Assembly (NCBI GenBank): GCA_964559075.1 | Contig: CAZLGJ010000002.1 | Location: 1-50,570 of the forward strand | DNA length: 50,570 bases | Source: an uncultured Glaciecola sp. | Lineage (GTDB): Bacteria; Pseudomonadota; Gammaproteobacteria; Enterobacterales; Alteromonadaceae | Reading direction: 5' to 3' | Shown: one piece after another, positions 28,247 to 39,089 of the stretch | Numbering within the stretch: the first letter of the stretch is position 1 | How the letters are laid out: each line of letters begins with the position of its first letter | The notes under the pieces: model-generated | Database searches by the model: none | What the model was told of the DNA's origin: nothing | Seen by the model: only the letters and a program-made list of their open reading frames with translations | Made by a program: the position numbers and the translations under genes

Positions 28247-28348
28247 GGCTAAATTTTGCTAGGATGCATAATAGTGTAACGGAGTCGTTATACCATCATC
28301 GACAGTTACTTGCGTATGACAATGAATACTTTCTATAAGGAAAACGAA

Positions 28349-28831
28349 ATGCGTTCTACATCTCTCATCAAAACCTCAGCATTGGCTGCCACTCTTACTC
28401 TGTGCGCAAGCATGACCTTTGCTGCACATGCTGAACTCAATGACAAACAAGCCAAAAATGCGGTGGAGTTTCGCCAGTCGCTCTTTCAACTGGTCAAAAG
28501 TAATGTTGGTGCGTTTGGCGCGATGGCCAAAGGTGAAATGCCCATTGATGAAGCGCTTATCGAAAAGAACGCCACTCGGTTGCACCAGCTATCGTTAATG
28601 ATCCCCGATTATTTTAATGCAGATACGCGCAACAACGATGTGCAAACCAAGACTTTAGATAAGGTGTGGACGGATAAGGCGGACTTTGATAACAAAGCGC
28701 AAGCCTTGACTGATAAAGCGCAAACTTTGTTAACATCAGTGCAAAATAAAGATTCAGACGCCTATGTCAAAAATATGCGTGCCATTTTTGGTACCTGTAA
28801 GGCATGTCACGACGACTATAAGGCGGAATAG
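28349..28831 (+). CDS. Periplasmic class II cytochrome c (cytochrome c' / c556 type)
   Basis: Signal peptide ending AHA|E, helical body and single C-terminal CKACH; AAGGA RBS. Confidence 0.9.
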   Translation: MRSTSLIKTSALAATLTLCASMTFAAHAELNDKQAKNAVEFRQSLFQLVKSNVGAFGAMAKGEMPIDEALIEKNATRLHQLSLMIPDYFNADTRNNDVQTKTLDKVWTDKADFDNKAQALTDKAQTLLTSVQNKDSDAYVKNMRAIFGTCKACHDDYKAE

Positions 28832-28867
28832 CCCATTAAACGTCCTGCTTAATCGAGGCGATAGGTA

Positions 28868-29572
28868 TTAAAAATCAAACATATCTGCCGCTTCAATGCC
28901 CAACCAGTCGGGTACGTGATTTACCAACAAATACACTTTTAATGCTGCAATCAAGATGCACACCACACAGGTTAGGTGCAGCTGCAGGGTATGCTTAACC
29001 CGATATTCTCCAAGTGGTTTATTGCCATTAAACATAGCTCTGATGATAAAGGGTTCACTCGTGCGCTGGTGCCAGATTACTGCCACAATGTGGATCACGA
29101 TAAGCGCCAACAATAAGTTGAACGCATTATTATGAAAGAACATTATTGCCTCAGTTACCGGTTCAGACAGCCAGTAGTGAAATTCACCGGCAAACAAAAT
29201 ATCGTCAGTCATGAATAAGCCCGATAGACCTTGCAAAGCGATAATAACTAAAAAAGCCACCACTGCCAGTGCGCCCAACGGGTTATGGGTCGCGTGCACG
29301 GGTTTAGGTGATTGCGCAAGATACTCACGCAGTGCACTGGGGCTGGGCACAAACGCGCTGAAACGCGCAGGTTCCGGTCCGACGAATCCCCATAATACGC
29401 GCCAGATAATCATTCCCAACAAGGTGTAGCCGAGTAGGGCATGATTATCAATGGCATCATCGGCAATTTCGGCTGAATAATATTGATAAGCGATACTTGC
29501 GACTAGTAACCAATGGAATAGGCGGGTATAGATGTCCCAAACTCTGTTTTGTTGATTTACATGCTGATCCAT
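28868..29572 (-). CDS. Cytochrome b/b6-domain membrane protein (Ni/Fe-hydrogenase cytochrome b-like)
   Basis: VWD..TRLFHW, H..LGY, RVLWGFVG, HNPLG and HIVAV..H; convergent with cytochrome c'. Confidence 0.87.
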   Translation of the reverse strand: MDQHVNQQNRVWDIYTRLFHWLLVASIAYQYYSAEIADDAIDNHALLGYTLLGMIIWRVLWGFVGPEPARFSAFVPSPSALREYLAQSPKPVHATHNPLGALAVVAFLVIIALQGLSGLFMTDDILFAGEFHYWLSEPVTEAIMFFHNNAFNLLLALIVIHIVAVIWHQRTSEPFIIRAMFNGNKPLGEYRVKHTLQLHLTCVVCILIAALKVYLLVNHVPDWLGIEAADMFDF

Positions 29573-29579
29573 ATTTTAT

Positions 29580-31127
29580 CTACATCCATGATTTGGCTTC
29601 CGAGGCAACCTTGTAGAGCAATACATGCGCGATGTCATCTGCCTCTTGAGCGGGTAATAAGGGAATTTTATAGCTGCCAGAAGCGAGCTGGATTTTGATG
29701 GTTTTGAGTCCGCGTCGCTGCATAAAGTAACTTTGCGATAAGCTCACGCGCTGAACTTTCGCCACCGGTAGGCAATAACGGTCGATACCCAACAGTCCTT
29801 TGCGTATGTAAACGTACTCATCACTGACCGCAAACCCCCAGCGTCGCCAGCGCAAATAAACACCGCCACACAGCAACACAGTAATGAGCGCTGCAAACAG
29901 CATGTGAATTTCGGTGTTGTGAATAGCCAGCCCCCATGCGGCGATGCTAAGCGGTAGCGCAATTAATAACAAGTGACGTGAAATAAACAACCTGCTGATG
30001 GGGTGAAACTGAACAGCATGCACTTGATGACCAGCAAAGACTTCGCTCAAGATATCGCGGCACTGATACAAAAACACCGATGGTACAATTAGCTTGTTGT
30101 TGACGGTACTTGGGTCGGCCGATTGTATTTGCGCGTTGAGCTGATCGAGACGCAAATTAATCCGCCCAAATAAGGTATCCAACCAGTCTTGTTTCAAAAT
30201 CGCCAGCTGCACACGTGACAGGGGAACGGCCACCTCGTGTTTAGTGATTAGGCCACTGCGGCGGATGAGTTTGTTTTTGGTTTTGGACAGGGTATAGCCA
30301 AAGAACATAATAATGGCGCCGAGTATCGATAACAACGTCATGATCCCAACCAGGATCAAAAACAGCACCATGACATACAGACCAAGTTGCCACATGGGGT
30401 CGTTGTCCCAATGTGCTTTTGCATCGATGCCAAAGCCCACCAGCGCGTCTTTGAAAAAATCAATGATATGCTCAATAAACGGCGCTAACGCAGCCAATAT
30501 CAAATATACGCGGTTTGAGGTGATCCCATGCATCGCCAAATCGCCAATGCTGCGGGTATTGATCACGGTTTCTTCACTGTGCTCGACAGAGGTAGCAGAC
30601 GCGTCAGCTTCTGCATCTGCTTTGATATCTGCTTTTACCTCATTGATCGCGGTGCGCAATTCCTGTGCATGAGTGAGTTTGAGCGCAATGAGTACCGCCT
30701 CTTGGGAGAGGGATCCGCCCGAGTCAAATGCCAATGACGCATAGCCAAAAAATCGATAATAAAAGGGCTGTTCAATTTTGACGTTCTGAATACGGTTGAA
30801 GGGTAGGTTGGTATGTTTTTTAAAGAACACACCGCTTTTTACCTCCACTGAGCCCTCGTGGAGTCGGTAGCGAAACATCACAAAAGAAAGCACCGCAAAA
30901 AATGCCATCAAGCTGATAATAGCGCCAGTAATCGCCGCCGCAGTCCAAGGGTTGGCTTTGATTTCGTCCCACAGCACGATTAACCCCGGCAGCATATAGA
31001 TCACATTGTTGACCAGCAAGAAAACAAATTTTTCGATGTAGTACAGAATTGCAATCGGGGCAACGCGATGCCACGTCGCCTCATCGTCGATTTGTGGGGT
31101 GAGAGCCTCTTGTGAAATCTCAGCCAT
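29580..31127 (-). CDS. Membrane protein with bacterial PH domains (YdbT-like)
   Basis: TM pairs alternate with repeated G(V/L)...(L/V)P..R(I/V)Q motifs: LPFNRIQ, VPLSRVQ and LPVAKVQ. Confidence 0.85.
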   Translation of the reverse strand: MAEISQEALTPQIDDEATWHRVAPIAILYYIEKFVFLLVNNVIYMLPGLIVLWDEIKANPWTAAAITGAIISLMAFFAVLSFVMFRYRLHEGSVEVKSGVFFKKHTNLPFNRIQNVKIEQPFYYRFFGYASLAFDSGGSLSQEAVLIALKLTHAQELRTAINEVKADIKADAEADASATSVEHSEETVINTRSIGDLAMHGITSNRVYLILAALAPFIEHIIDFFKDALVGFGIDAKAHWDNDPMWQLGLYVMVLFLILVGIMTLLSILGAIIMFFGYTLSKTKNKLIRRSGLITKHEVAVPLSRVQLAILKQDWLDTLFGRINLRLDQLNAQIQSADPSTVNNKLIVPSVFLYQCRDILSEVFAGHQVHAVQFHPISRLFISRHLLLIALPLSIAAWGLAIHNTEIHMLFAALITVLLCGGVYLRWRRWGFAVSDEYVYIRKGLLGIDRYCLPVAKVQRVSLSQSYFMQRRGLKTIKIQLASGSYKIPLLPAQEADDIAHVLLYKVASEAKSWM

Positions 31128-31668
31128 GTTGCTGCAGCTCTTTGTGGTTGAGGATCAGGCTGCGTATATTTTGTGCGGTGGTTTTGCGCAAGCCCGGAAT
31201 TATGAAGGTTTGCGAAATGTCACCCGCGCTAAAAATATGCAGTTTAGCCAGTCCGACTTTGCGGTCAATCGGTCCTTGTTTGACTTCAATATGTTGGATG
31301 CGGCAGATAGGCTGGGTGATCACTTTGCGAAACAATAGGCCTTTAAACAAGGTAATATCTTGCTCCCGCAAACAGAAGCCCAAGCGCTTATTCGCAAAAA
31401 ACGTATATACTTCCAAACACGCCCAGATGGTAATGACTGCACCGCCAATGCGGGACGCGTAATAAATAAACTCGCTAGGTAAATGCCACCACGGCTGCGA
31501 TAAAAACCGGGTGTAGTGTAGTGCTGCTATCAGCACAATTACCAGTGATACGAGGAGTTCGATACCGGGGTATTCAACAGCGATTGGCTGTTTTTGTAAG
31601 GGGGCCATATGTTCGGTGCTGACCGAAACTAGCGCGTTTGAGAAATTAGTCGTAATGGGTGTATCCAT
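31120..31668 (-). CDS. Membrane protein with one bacterial PH domain (YdbS-like)
   Basis: Two TMs, then KGLLFRKVITQPICRIQHIEVKQGPIDR..GLA and IPGL; overlaps the start of the YdbT-like gene; AAGGA RBS before ATG 31668. Confidence 0.85.
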   Translation of the reverse strand: MDTPITTNFSNALVSVSTEHMAPLQKQPIAVEYPGIELLVSLVIVLIAALHYTRFLSQPWWHLPSEFIYYASRIGGAVITIWACLEVYTFFANKRLGFCLREQDITLFKGLLFRKVITQPICRIQHIEVKQGPIDRKVGLAKLHIFSAGDISQTFIIPGLRKTTAQNIRSLILNHKELQQHG

Positions 31669-31806
31669 GCTATTTCCTTGATACAACTGCGGTATTTATT
31701 GTGTTTATTCAGTTCTCTAATAGTGTATTATGGCGCAAAATAGCTTAAGAACAACCTCTTGCCAGGTTGATATTTGTAAAAGATTGTATCGCTAGGAAAA
31801 GATATT

Positions 31807-32610
31807 TTGACGACTCACATTACTATTTTGGGTGCCAATGGGCGCATGGGACGTAACTTAATCGCAGCTGTGGCAGAAGATGAGTCTGCCGCATTACACA
31901 GTGCCACGGTGAGAGAAGCATCGCCTTTATTAGGCCTTGATGCTGGTGTCGCTGTCGGGGTCGCTGAGCAGGGGACTGCACTAATGCCGCTGGCACAGGT
32001 GGACGCGAGTACAACTGATGTGGTCATCGATTTTACCTTGCCCGCGGTATTACAACCTCACCTTGATTGGTGTGTTGCCAATAATACGCCTATTGTGATT
32101 GGTACCACTGGCTTTAACGAGGCGCAAGAGCAAGCGCTACACAATGCAGCAAAGCATATTCCCATTGTGTTTGCGGCCAACTATAGCGTGGGTGTGAATC
32201 TGTTGATTAAACTGGCGCAACAAACCGCGCAGGTTATGGGGGAGAGTGCCGATATCGAAATCATTGAGACCCATCACCGGCACAAAGTCGATGCACCTTC
32301 TGGCACCGCTCTCGCGTTAGGTAAAGGTATAGCTGCGACACTTAATCGCGACCTCGCCGAGTGTGCGGTTTATGGTCGCGAAGGGGTGACTGGTGAGCGC
32401 GACCAACAAACTATCGGTTTTGCTACTGTGCGCGGTGGCGATGTGGTCGGCGATCATACGGTATTGTTTGCCGAACTTGGTGAGCGCATCGAGCTGACTC
32501 ATAAAGCCTCAAGTCGCATGACGTTTGCCAAGGGGGCATTGCGCGCGGCCAAATGGCTCAAAGACAAACCTGCGGGTCTGTATTCGATGTTTGACGTATT
32601 GGGTTTATAA
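31807..32610 (+). CDS. dapB: 4-hydroxy-tetrahydrodipicolinate reductase
   Basis: GANGRMG, IDFT, GTTG, ETHHRHKVDAPSGTAL and GDHTV; TTG start. Confidence 0.97.
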   Translation: MTTHITILGANGRMGRNLIAAVAEDESAALHSATVREASPLLGLDAGVAVGVAEQGTALMPLAQVDASTTDVVIDFTLPAVLQPHLDWCVANNTPIVIGTTGFNEAQEQALHNAAKHIPIVFAANYSVGVNLLIKLAQQTAQVMGESADIEIIETHHRHKVDAPSGTALALGKGIAATLNRDLAECAVYGREGVTGERDQQTIGFATVRGGDVVGDHTVLFAELGERIELTHKASSRMTFAKGALRAAKWLKDKPAGLYSMFDVLGL

Positions 32611-32742
32611 AAATCTTTTACAATTTGGCCTGTTTACGACGTGGTTTAACATGGTTTTTACACCTTAAGCCCTAAATTTTGCATAAACACCTTATTTTTG
32701 GGGTTTTTGTAATTTTAACTGGCACAAATTCACGTTTAACTA

Positions 32743-32856
32743 TATAATTTCGCTAATTTGCCTACGAGAATTAATTCAGTTCGACGGATGAACTGATGTA
32801 GTGCAAAGGATGTGTCGACGGGATGAACATACATGTATGTTTTTATCCCGTTTTTT
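32743..32856 (+). promoter_or_regulatory. carA promoter and structured leader with a premature intrinsic terminator (candidate attenuator)
   Basis: TATAAT (32743-32748), then ATTTGCC about 7 nt downstream; hairpin TCAGTTC/GAACTGA; terminator ACGGGAT...ATCCCGT plus T run (32818-32856). Confidence 0.7.
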
Positions 32857-32914
32857 GTATGTGTAACAAAATTTTGGTTTGTTGCACCTAGTTATCCTAC
32901 GACTGGAGGTTGAC

Positions 32915-34048
32915 TTGTCTCATACTGCCCTTTTGGTGTTAGAAGACGGTTCTGTCTTTAAAGGTACCGCAATTGGTGCCACTGGCGAATCTGTTGGTGA
33001 AGTTGTTTTTAATACTTCAATGACAGGTTATCAAGAAATTCTTACCGACCCCTCATACGCTGAACAAATCGTGACCCTGACGTATCCCCACATTGGGAAT
33101 ACCGGCACGAACAGCGAAGATGTCGAATCATCCAATATTTGGGCAAAAGGACTGGTGATCCGCGATTATCCGCTCCTTGCTTCGAACTTCCGCAACGAAC
33201 AATCATTAACGGATTATCTCATCGCCAACAATATTGTCGGCATTGCAGATATCGATACGCGTCGCCTTACGCGTATTTTACGTGATAAAGGCGCACAAAA
33301 CGGCTGTATCGTTGCCGGTGATGCACTAGATGAAGCATCTGCTTTGGCACAAGCTAAAGCATTTGCCGGACTCAAAGGCATGGACTTGGCAAAAGACGTG
33401 ACCTGCACTGAGACGCACACTTGGAATGATAGCGTGTGGGCCTTAGGCGAGGGCTATGCAACGGATGTGACGGACTTACCGCATCACGTGGTTGCCTATG
33501 ATTTTGGGGCAAAACACAATATCTTGCGCATGCTGGTTGCGCGCGGCTGTCGCTTAACTGTTGTGCCTGCTACGACGCCAGCAGAAGACGTATTAGCGCT
33601 CAATCCCGATGGCATCTTCTTATCCAATGGCCCTGGCGATCCTGAGCCTTGTACTTATGCCATTGCTGCTATTCAGTCATTTTTGGACAAAGGCCTGCCG
33701 ATTTTTGGAATTTGCCTTGGTCATCAGCTGCTTGCTTTAGCAAGTGGTGCACAGACGGAAAAAATGAAATTTGGTCATCACGGCGCCAACCACCCAGTCA
33801 AGGATATTGCGCGCGATGTGGTGATGATCACCTCACAAAACCATGGTTTTGCCGTAAAAGAAGACAATTTGCCTGCCAATATCGAAGTGACGCACAAGTC
33901 TTTATTTGATGGGTCATTACAGGGCATTCATCTAACGGATAAACCGGCATTTAGTTTTCAAGGTCACCCTGAAGCCAGCCCAGGCCCACACGATGCTGCG
34001 CCGTTATTTGACCACTTTATTGAATTGATTGAGCAACATAAACAGTAG
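32915..34048 (+). CDS. carA: Carbamoyl-phosphate synthase small subunit
   Basis: [29 protein letters not shown] and [13 protein letters not shown]; TTG start at 32915 with GGAGG RBS. Confidence 0.98.
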   Translation: MSHTALLVLEDGSVFKGTAIGATGESVGEVVFNTSMTGYQEILTDPSYAEQIVTLTYPHIGNTGTNSEDVESSNIWAKGLVIRDYPLLASNFRNEQSLTDYLIANNIVGIADIDTRRLTRILRDKGAQNGCIVAGDALDEASALAQAKAFAGLKGMDLAKDVTCTETHTWNDSVWALGEGYATDVTDLPHHVVAYDFGAKHNILRMLVARGCRLTVVPATTPAEDVLALNPDGIFLSNGPGDPEPCTYAIAAIQSFLDKGLPIFGICLGHQLLALASGAQTEKMKFGHHGANHPVKDIARDVVMITSQNHGFAVKEDNLPANIEVTHKSLFDGSLQGIHLTDKPAFSFQGHPEASPGPHDAAPLFDHFIELIEQHKQ

Positions 34049-34056
34049 GAATTAAG

Positions 34057-37000
34057 ATGCCAAAACGTACTGACATACAAAGTGTATTGATTTTAGGTGC
34101 CGGTCCTATTGTGATTGGTCAAGCCTGTGAATTTGACTACTCTGGCGCACAAGCGTGTAAAGCATTGCGTGAAGAGGGTTACCGCGTGATTTTGGTTAAC
34201 TCCAATCCAGCGACCATTATGACGGATCCCGAAATGGCTGATGCCACCTACATCGAGCCAATTCACTGGGAAGTCGTCGAAAAAATTATCGAAAAAGAAC
34301 GCCCAGATGTGGTGCTCCCAACCATGGGCGGCCAGACTGCGCTAAACTGTGCACTTGATCTGAACAAGCATGGCGTGCTTGAAAAATACGGCGTAGAGTT
34401 GATTGGTGCCACAGCAGATGCCATCGACAAAGCGGAAGATCGCGAGCGCTTCGACAAAGCCATGAAATCTATTGGTCTTGAATGTCCACGTGCTGAGATT
34501 GCTCACACTATTCAAGAAGCACACGATGTATTAAGCCGTATCGGTTTTCCGTGTATTATTCGTCCGTCATTTACTATGGGCGGCACCGGTGGTGGTATTG
34601 CTTATAACATTGACGAATTCAACGAAATTTGTACGCGCGGGCTAGACCTTTCACCTACCTCTGAACTTTTGATTGATGAGTCATTAATTGGTTGGAAAGA
34701 GTATGAGATGGAAGTGGTGCGCGACAAAGCGGATAACTGCATCATCGTTTGTACCATTGAAAACTTCGATGCGATGGGCGTGCACACCGGTGACTCGATC
34801 ACGGTAGCACCTGCGCAAACGCTCACTGATAAAGAATTCCAAATCATGCGTAATGCCGCCATGGCAGTACTGCGAGAGATCGGTGTTGAAACCGGTGGCT
34901 CGAATGTCCAGTTTGGGGTTAACCCGAAAGACGGTCGCATGGTCATTATCGAGATGAATCCGCGTGTGTCGCGTTCATCCGCACTTGCGTCAAAAGCCAC
35001 GGGGTTCCCGATTGCCAAAGTCGCCGCGAAACTCGCCATCGGTTATACGCTTGATGAATTGGCCAACGATATCACAGGCGGCTTAACACCCGCATCGTTT
35101 GAACCTGCGATTGACTACGTCGTCACTAAGATCCCGCGTTTTAACTTTGAAAAATTTGCTGGCGCAAATGATCGCTTAACGACCCAGATGAAGTCAGTAG
35201 GTGAGGTTATGGCGATTGGTCGTAACCAACAAGAATCATTGCAAAAAGCCCTGCGCGGACTAGAGGTAGGGATCAACGGTATGGATCCTATCTTGGATAT
35301 GGATGCGCCTGATGCCAAACAAACCCTGATGTATGAATTGCGTGAGCCAGGTGCAGACCGTATTTTGTTCATTGGTGATGCCTTCCGCATGGGCATGAGT
35401 GTTGATGAAGTGTTTAGCTACACCAATGTTGACCGTTGGTATTTAGTTCAGCTTGAGGAAATCATTCAGCTTGAACAACTCGTTGAACGCATTGGCCTCG
35501 CAGGTATTGAGCCAGACCTAATGCGCAAGCTTAAGCGCAAAGGCTTCTCAGATGCGCGTCTTGCCGCACTGACTAATGTGGCAGAAGACGATATTCGCGA
35601 TACGCGCCTCAAAGCCGGTATCAAGCCTGTGTACAAGCGCGTTGATACCTGCGCCGCAGAATTTTCGACCAGCACCGCGTATATGTACTCGACCTATGAT
35701 GAAGAGTGCGAAGCTAATCCATCTGACAAAGACAAGATCATGGTCTTAGGTGGCGGTCCAAACCGTATCGGTCAAGGAATTGAGTTCGATTATTGCTGTG
35801 TACACGCAGCCCTTGCAATGCGCGAAGACGGCTACGAGACCATCATGGTTAACTGTAATCCAGAAACGGTGTCGACCGATTATGATACATCAGATCGCTT
35901 GTATTTTGAGCCGGTAACGCTTGAAGATGTGCTTGAAATTGTGCGTGTTGAGCAGCCCAAAGGCGTGATTGTTCAGTACGGTGGTCAAACACCATTAAAA
36001 CTTGCGCGTGCCTTAGAAGCCAACGGTGTGCCCATTATCGGGACATCACCTGATGCGATTGATCGCGCCGAAGATCGCGAGCGTTTCCAACACATGGTAA
36101 ACAAGCTCAATCTTAAGCAGCCTGCCAACGCCACCGTCAGCAATATGGAACAGGCGCTTACCGAAGCTGAAAATATCGGTTTCCCATTGGTGGTGCGTCC
36201 ATCCTACGTGTTAGGCGGCCGTGCTATGGAAATCGTCTATGACCTTAAAGACTTAAAGCGCTATCTCAACGAGGCAGTCAAGGTATCGAACGATTCACCT
36301 GTGTTACTTGACCGCTTCCTAGATGACGCGATTGAAGTTGATATTGATGCTATCTGCGACGGTACCGATGTCGTGATTGGCGGTATTATGGAGCATATCG
36401 AACAAGCAGGTGTGCATTCAGGCGATTCAGCCTGTTCGTTGCCGCCGTATTCGCTATCGCCTGAAATCCAGCAAGTCATGCGTGAACAAGTTAAAGCGAT
36501 GGCCTTGGAACTAGGCGTAGTTGGCTTGATGAATACCCAGTTTGCCGTCAAAGACAACGAAGTCTATCTGATTGAGGTTAATCCGCGTGCTGCGCGTACT
36601 GTACCTTTTGTGTCTAAAGCGACAGGGCGTGCCTGTGCCAAAGTAGCAGCCCGTGCAATGGCAGGGCAGTCACTGGCGAGTCAAGGTGTGACGGATGAAA
36701 TCATTCCGCCGTTTTACTCGGTCAAAGAAGTGGTGTTGCCATTTGCGAAGTTCCAAGGTGTTGATCCACTGTTGGGTCCAGAGATGCGCTCCACCGGCGA
36801 AGTAATGGGCGTGGGTGAAACGTTTGAAGAAGCCTATGCCAAAGCGAACTTAGGTGCGTCCTCGCCTATCCCAACGGGCGGCAAAGCGTTACTATCAGTG
36901 CGCAATAATGACAAAGTACGTTTGGTGGAACTGGCTAAGTTGATGCTGGAGCGTGGTTATGAGCTCGAAGCGACTCGCGGCACGGCGACAGCCCTGTATG

Positions 37001-37284
37001 ATGCTGGCGTGACCGATGTGGCCGTAGTCAATAAAGTCTCTGAAGGTCGTCCGAACATCGTTGACGCAATCAAAAACGGTGAGTATGCATATATCATCAA
37101 CACCACTGAAGGGCGTCAGGCGATCACTGATTCGGTTTACATTCGTAAAGAGGCCCTGTTGAACAAGGTGACATACACCACCACGTTAAACGCCGCATTT
37201 GCGACGATCAATTCCAAAGAAGCGGATGATCGCGCGCGCGTGACCTCGGTGCAAGCCTTACATCAACAGGTAAAAAATCATTAA
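34057..37284 (+). CDS. carB: Carbamoyl-phosphate synthase large subunit
   Basis: [22 protein letters not shown], duplicated ATP-grasp domains and C-terminal MGS domain. Confidence 0.99.
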   Translation: MPKRTDIQSVLILGAGPIVIGQACEFDYSGAQACKALREEGYRVILVNSNPATIMTDPEMADATYIEPIHWEVVEKIIEKERPDVVLPTMGGQTALNCALDLNKHGVLEKYGVELIGATADAIDKAEDRERFDKAMKSIGLECPRAEIAHTIQEAHDVLSRIGFPCIIRPSFTMGGTGGGIAYNIDEFNEICTRGLDLSPTSELLIDESLIGWKEYEMEVVRDKADNCIIVCTIENFDAMGVHTGDSITVAPAQTLTDKEFQIMRNAAMAVLREIGVETGGSNVQFGVNPKDGRMVIIEMNPRVSRSSALASKATGFPIAKVAAKLAIGYTLDELANDITGGLTPASFEPAIDYVVTKIPRFNFEKFAGANDRLTTQMKSVGEVMAIGRNQQESLQKALRGLEVGINGMDPILDMDAPDAKQTLMYELREPGADRILFIGDAFRMGMSVDEVFSYTNVDRWYLVQLEEIIQLEQLVERIGLAGIEPDLMRKLKRKGFSDARLAALTNVAEDDIRDTRLKAGIKPVYKRVDTCAAEFSTSTAYMYSTYDEECEANPSDKDKIMVLGGGPNRIGQGIEFDYCCVHAALAMREDGYETIMVNCNPETVSTDYDTSDRLYFEPVTLEDVLEIVRVEQPKGVIVQYGGQTPLKLARALEANGVPIIGTSPDAIDRAEDRERFQHMVNKLNLKQPANATVSNMEQALTEAENIGFPLVVRPSYVLGGRAMEIVYDLKDLKRYLNEAVKVSNDSPVLLDRFLDDAIEVDIDAICDGTDVVIGGIMEHIEQAGVHSGDSACSLPPYSLSPEIQQVMREQVKAMALELGVVGLMNTQFAVKDNEVYLIEVNPRAARTVPFVSKATGRACAKVAARAMAGQSLASQGVTDEIIPPFYSVKEVVLPFAKFQGVDPLLGPEMRSTGEVMGVGETFEEAYAKANLGASSPIPTGGKALLSVRNNDKVRLVELAKLMLERGYELEATRGTATALYDAGVTDVAVVNKVSEGRPNIVDAIKNGEYAYIINTTEGRQAITDSVYIRKEALLNKVTYTTTLNAAFATINSKEADDRARVTSVQALHQQVKNH

Positions 37285-37291
37285 TATCGAG

Positions 37292-37368
37292 ATGACAAAC
37301 GGCGCAAAGCCATTTATTATTACGTCGTAAAAATGTAATTAAAAGCGTCTGTTCACAGGCGCTTTTTT
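37292..37368 (+). promoter_or_regulatory. Putative sigma70 promoter plus intrinsic terminator between carB and greA
   Basis: ATGACA-N17-TATTAT (37292-37320), then AAAAGCGTCTGT-TC-ACAGGCGCTTTTTT (37341-37368). Confidence 0.65.
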
Positions 37369-37436
37369 ATTCATGTTTGCCCTGAGCACATGGATGTCAT
37401 ACATAGCCTATACAAAAATGAGAAGAGGGATCCCCC

Positions 37437-37913
37437 ATGACACAGTTTCCTATGACAGTGAAAGGCGCCGAAGCCTTGCGTGCTGAATTACAAGAGTTAA
37501 AATCGGTAAAGCGACCACAGATTATTCAAGCCATCGCCGAAGCCCGCGAGCATGGCGATCTTAAAGAAAACGCTGAGTACCACGCTGCACGCGAACAGCA
37601 GAGCTTCTGTGAAGGGCGTATTCAAGATATCGAAGGCAAGCTTTCCAACGCGCAAATTATTGATGTGGCCAATATTCCCAATTCGGGGAAAGTCATTTTT
37701 GGTACCACGGTTACTGTGCTCAATTGTGATACCGATGAAGAAATTACGTATCGCATTGTGGGCGATGATGAAGCGGATATCAAAAACAACCAAATCTCGG
37801 TCAATTCACCGATTGCACGTGGCTTAATCGGCAAGTCAGTTGATGATGTCGCCAATATTCAAACCCCCAAGGGCATTGTCGAGTTTGAAATCATCGAGGT
37901 TGAGCACATTTAG
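37437..37913 (+). CDS. greA: Transcription elongation factor GreA
   Basis: [18 protein letters not shown] and [14 protein letters not shown]. Confidence 0.97.
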   Translation: MTQFPMTVKGAEALRAELQELKSVKRPQIIQAIAEAREHGDLKENAEYHAAREQQSFCEGRIQDIEGKLSNAQIIDVANIPNSGKVIFGTTVTVLNCDTDEEITYRIVGDDEADIKNNQISVNSPIARGLIGKSVDDVANIQTPKGIVEFEIIEVEHI

Positions 37914-37940
37914 CGATCTGCACAAACGTGGTTTATACTC

Positions 37941-37968
37941 AAAAAGCGCCTTATTGGCGCTTTTTTTA
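37941..37968 (+). terminator. Intrinsic terminator after greA
   Basis: AAAAAGCGCC-TTATT-GGCGCTTTTT plus further Ts. Confidence 0.85.
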
Positions 37969-37984
37969 TAGGGAAACATGAAAA

Positions 37985-39067
37985 ATGCACAAACTACGAT
38001 GGCTAGTCCTGATCCTGCTGTTTTCATCGAGCCAAGTATTGGCTGAACGCGCGGTACAGCAACTGTATTTATCTCAACAAGACAACGCTGCACCTGCATG
38101 GTTTAAGGCTTATGCACAAGCAAACTACCAGACATCCTTTGAGCTGCTTTCAGTGCATGGCAGCAAACCGCCTAAGCCGCAGTTTTTGTCTAACGCTTAC
38201 ATTTATGCCAATCGTCTGCATGCCGTGAAGGATGCGAAACACACAACGTGGGGCAGTGACTTCTACAATCAGTTCCCTCCATCCTCTGTGCAATTTACTG
38301 ACACAGAGCAGGTGCAATTGCCCCTAAAGCGCAATCTATTTGTTGGGAAAATGGGAGGCGATACGGTGAGGATCGTATTGGATACTGGTGGGCACGGCAT
38401 CACTGTCTCACAAGCCTTGGTCGACAAATATAACCTGCCCACCGACCCATCTATTATCGGCACATCTTACATGCCGGCGTTTGATAGAGTGTCCACAAAC
38501 AGCCCGACCATCATCAAACGCCTGCAGTTTGGCGGTATGGAGCTGCATAATCTAAGGGCAGAGTACACGGTGAGCGTTGAGGAAAGTGGCCAATTTAGCT
38601 CGGATCAACAATATGATATTTTCATGGGTCTGGATAGTCTGATTGGCTTGGTTGAGGTGGTGAGGTTTGATTGGCAAACACAACAGGTTACTTTTTCCAA
38701 TTCCCCCCTGGCGATGCAAAGCCCTCAACCGTTTATATTTTTTGACTCAAAACCCATCACTGTCCTTAGATTAGGGGACAATTATCTAACAACTGTGCTT
38801 GATACGGGGTCGCCTGTCGATATTCTAAATAAAGCGCTGTTTACTGGGCTTTATGCTAATAAGGAACAAAAAAAATATGGTGCCTATGTTTATCATCAGT
38901 ATACGGTGCCCATTACGATACAAAATACCGAGTTTTTATTAGGTGTGGCTGATTATATGGAAGGCTTTAATCTCAAACTTGACGGAGAAAAAATTGACCT
39001 CATCATTGGCACCTCGCATCGACAGTTGACCATTGATTTACAACATAATCGATTTGAACTTAAATAA
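37985..39067 (+). CDS. Secreted protein with two retropepsin-like aspartic protease domains
   Basis: Signal peptide ending VLA|E; IVLDTGG...IFMGLD and TVLDTGS...LIIG. Confidence 0.72.
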   Translation: MHKLRWLVLILLFSSSQVLAERAVQQLYLSQQDNAAPAWFKAYAQANYQTSFELLSVHGSKPPKPQFLSNAYIYANRLHAVKDAKHTTWGSDFYNQFPPSSVQFTDTEQVQLPLKRNLFVGKMGGDTVRIVLDTGGHGITVSQALVDKYNLPTDPSIIGTSYMPAFDRVSTNSPTIIKRLQFGGMELHNLRAEYTVSVEESGQFSSDQQYDIFMGLDSLIGLVEVVRFDWQTQQVTFSNSPLAMQSPQPFIFFDSKPITVLRLGDNYLTTVLDTGSPVDILNKALFTGLYANKEQKKYGAYVYHQYTVPITIQNTEFLLGVADYMEGFNLKLDGEKIDLIIGTSHRQLTIDLQHNRFELK

Positions 39068-39089
39068 TGCTAGGAAGCACCGCATCAAT

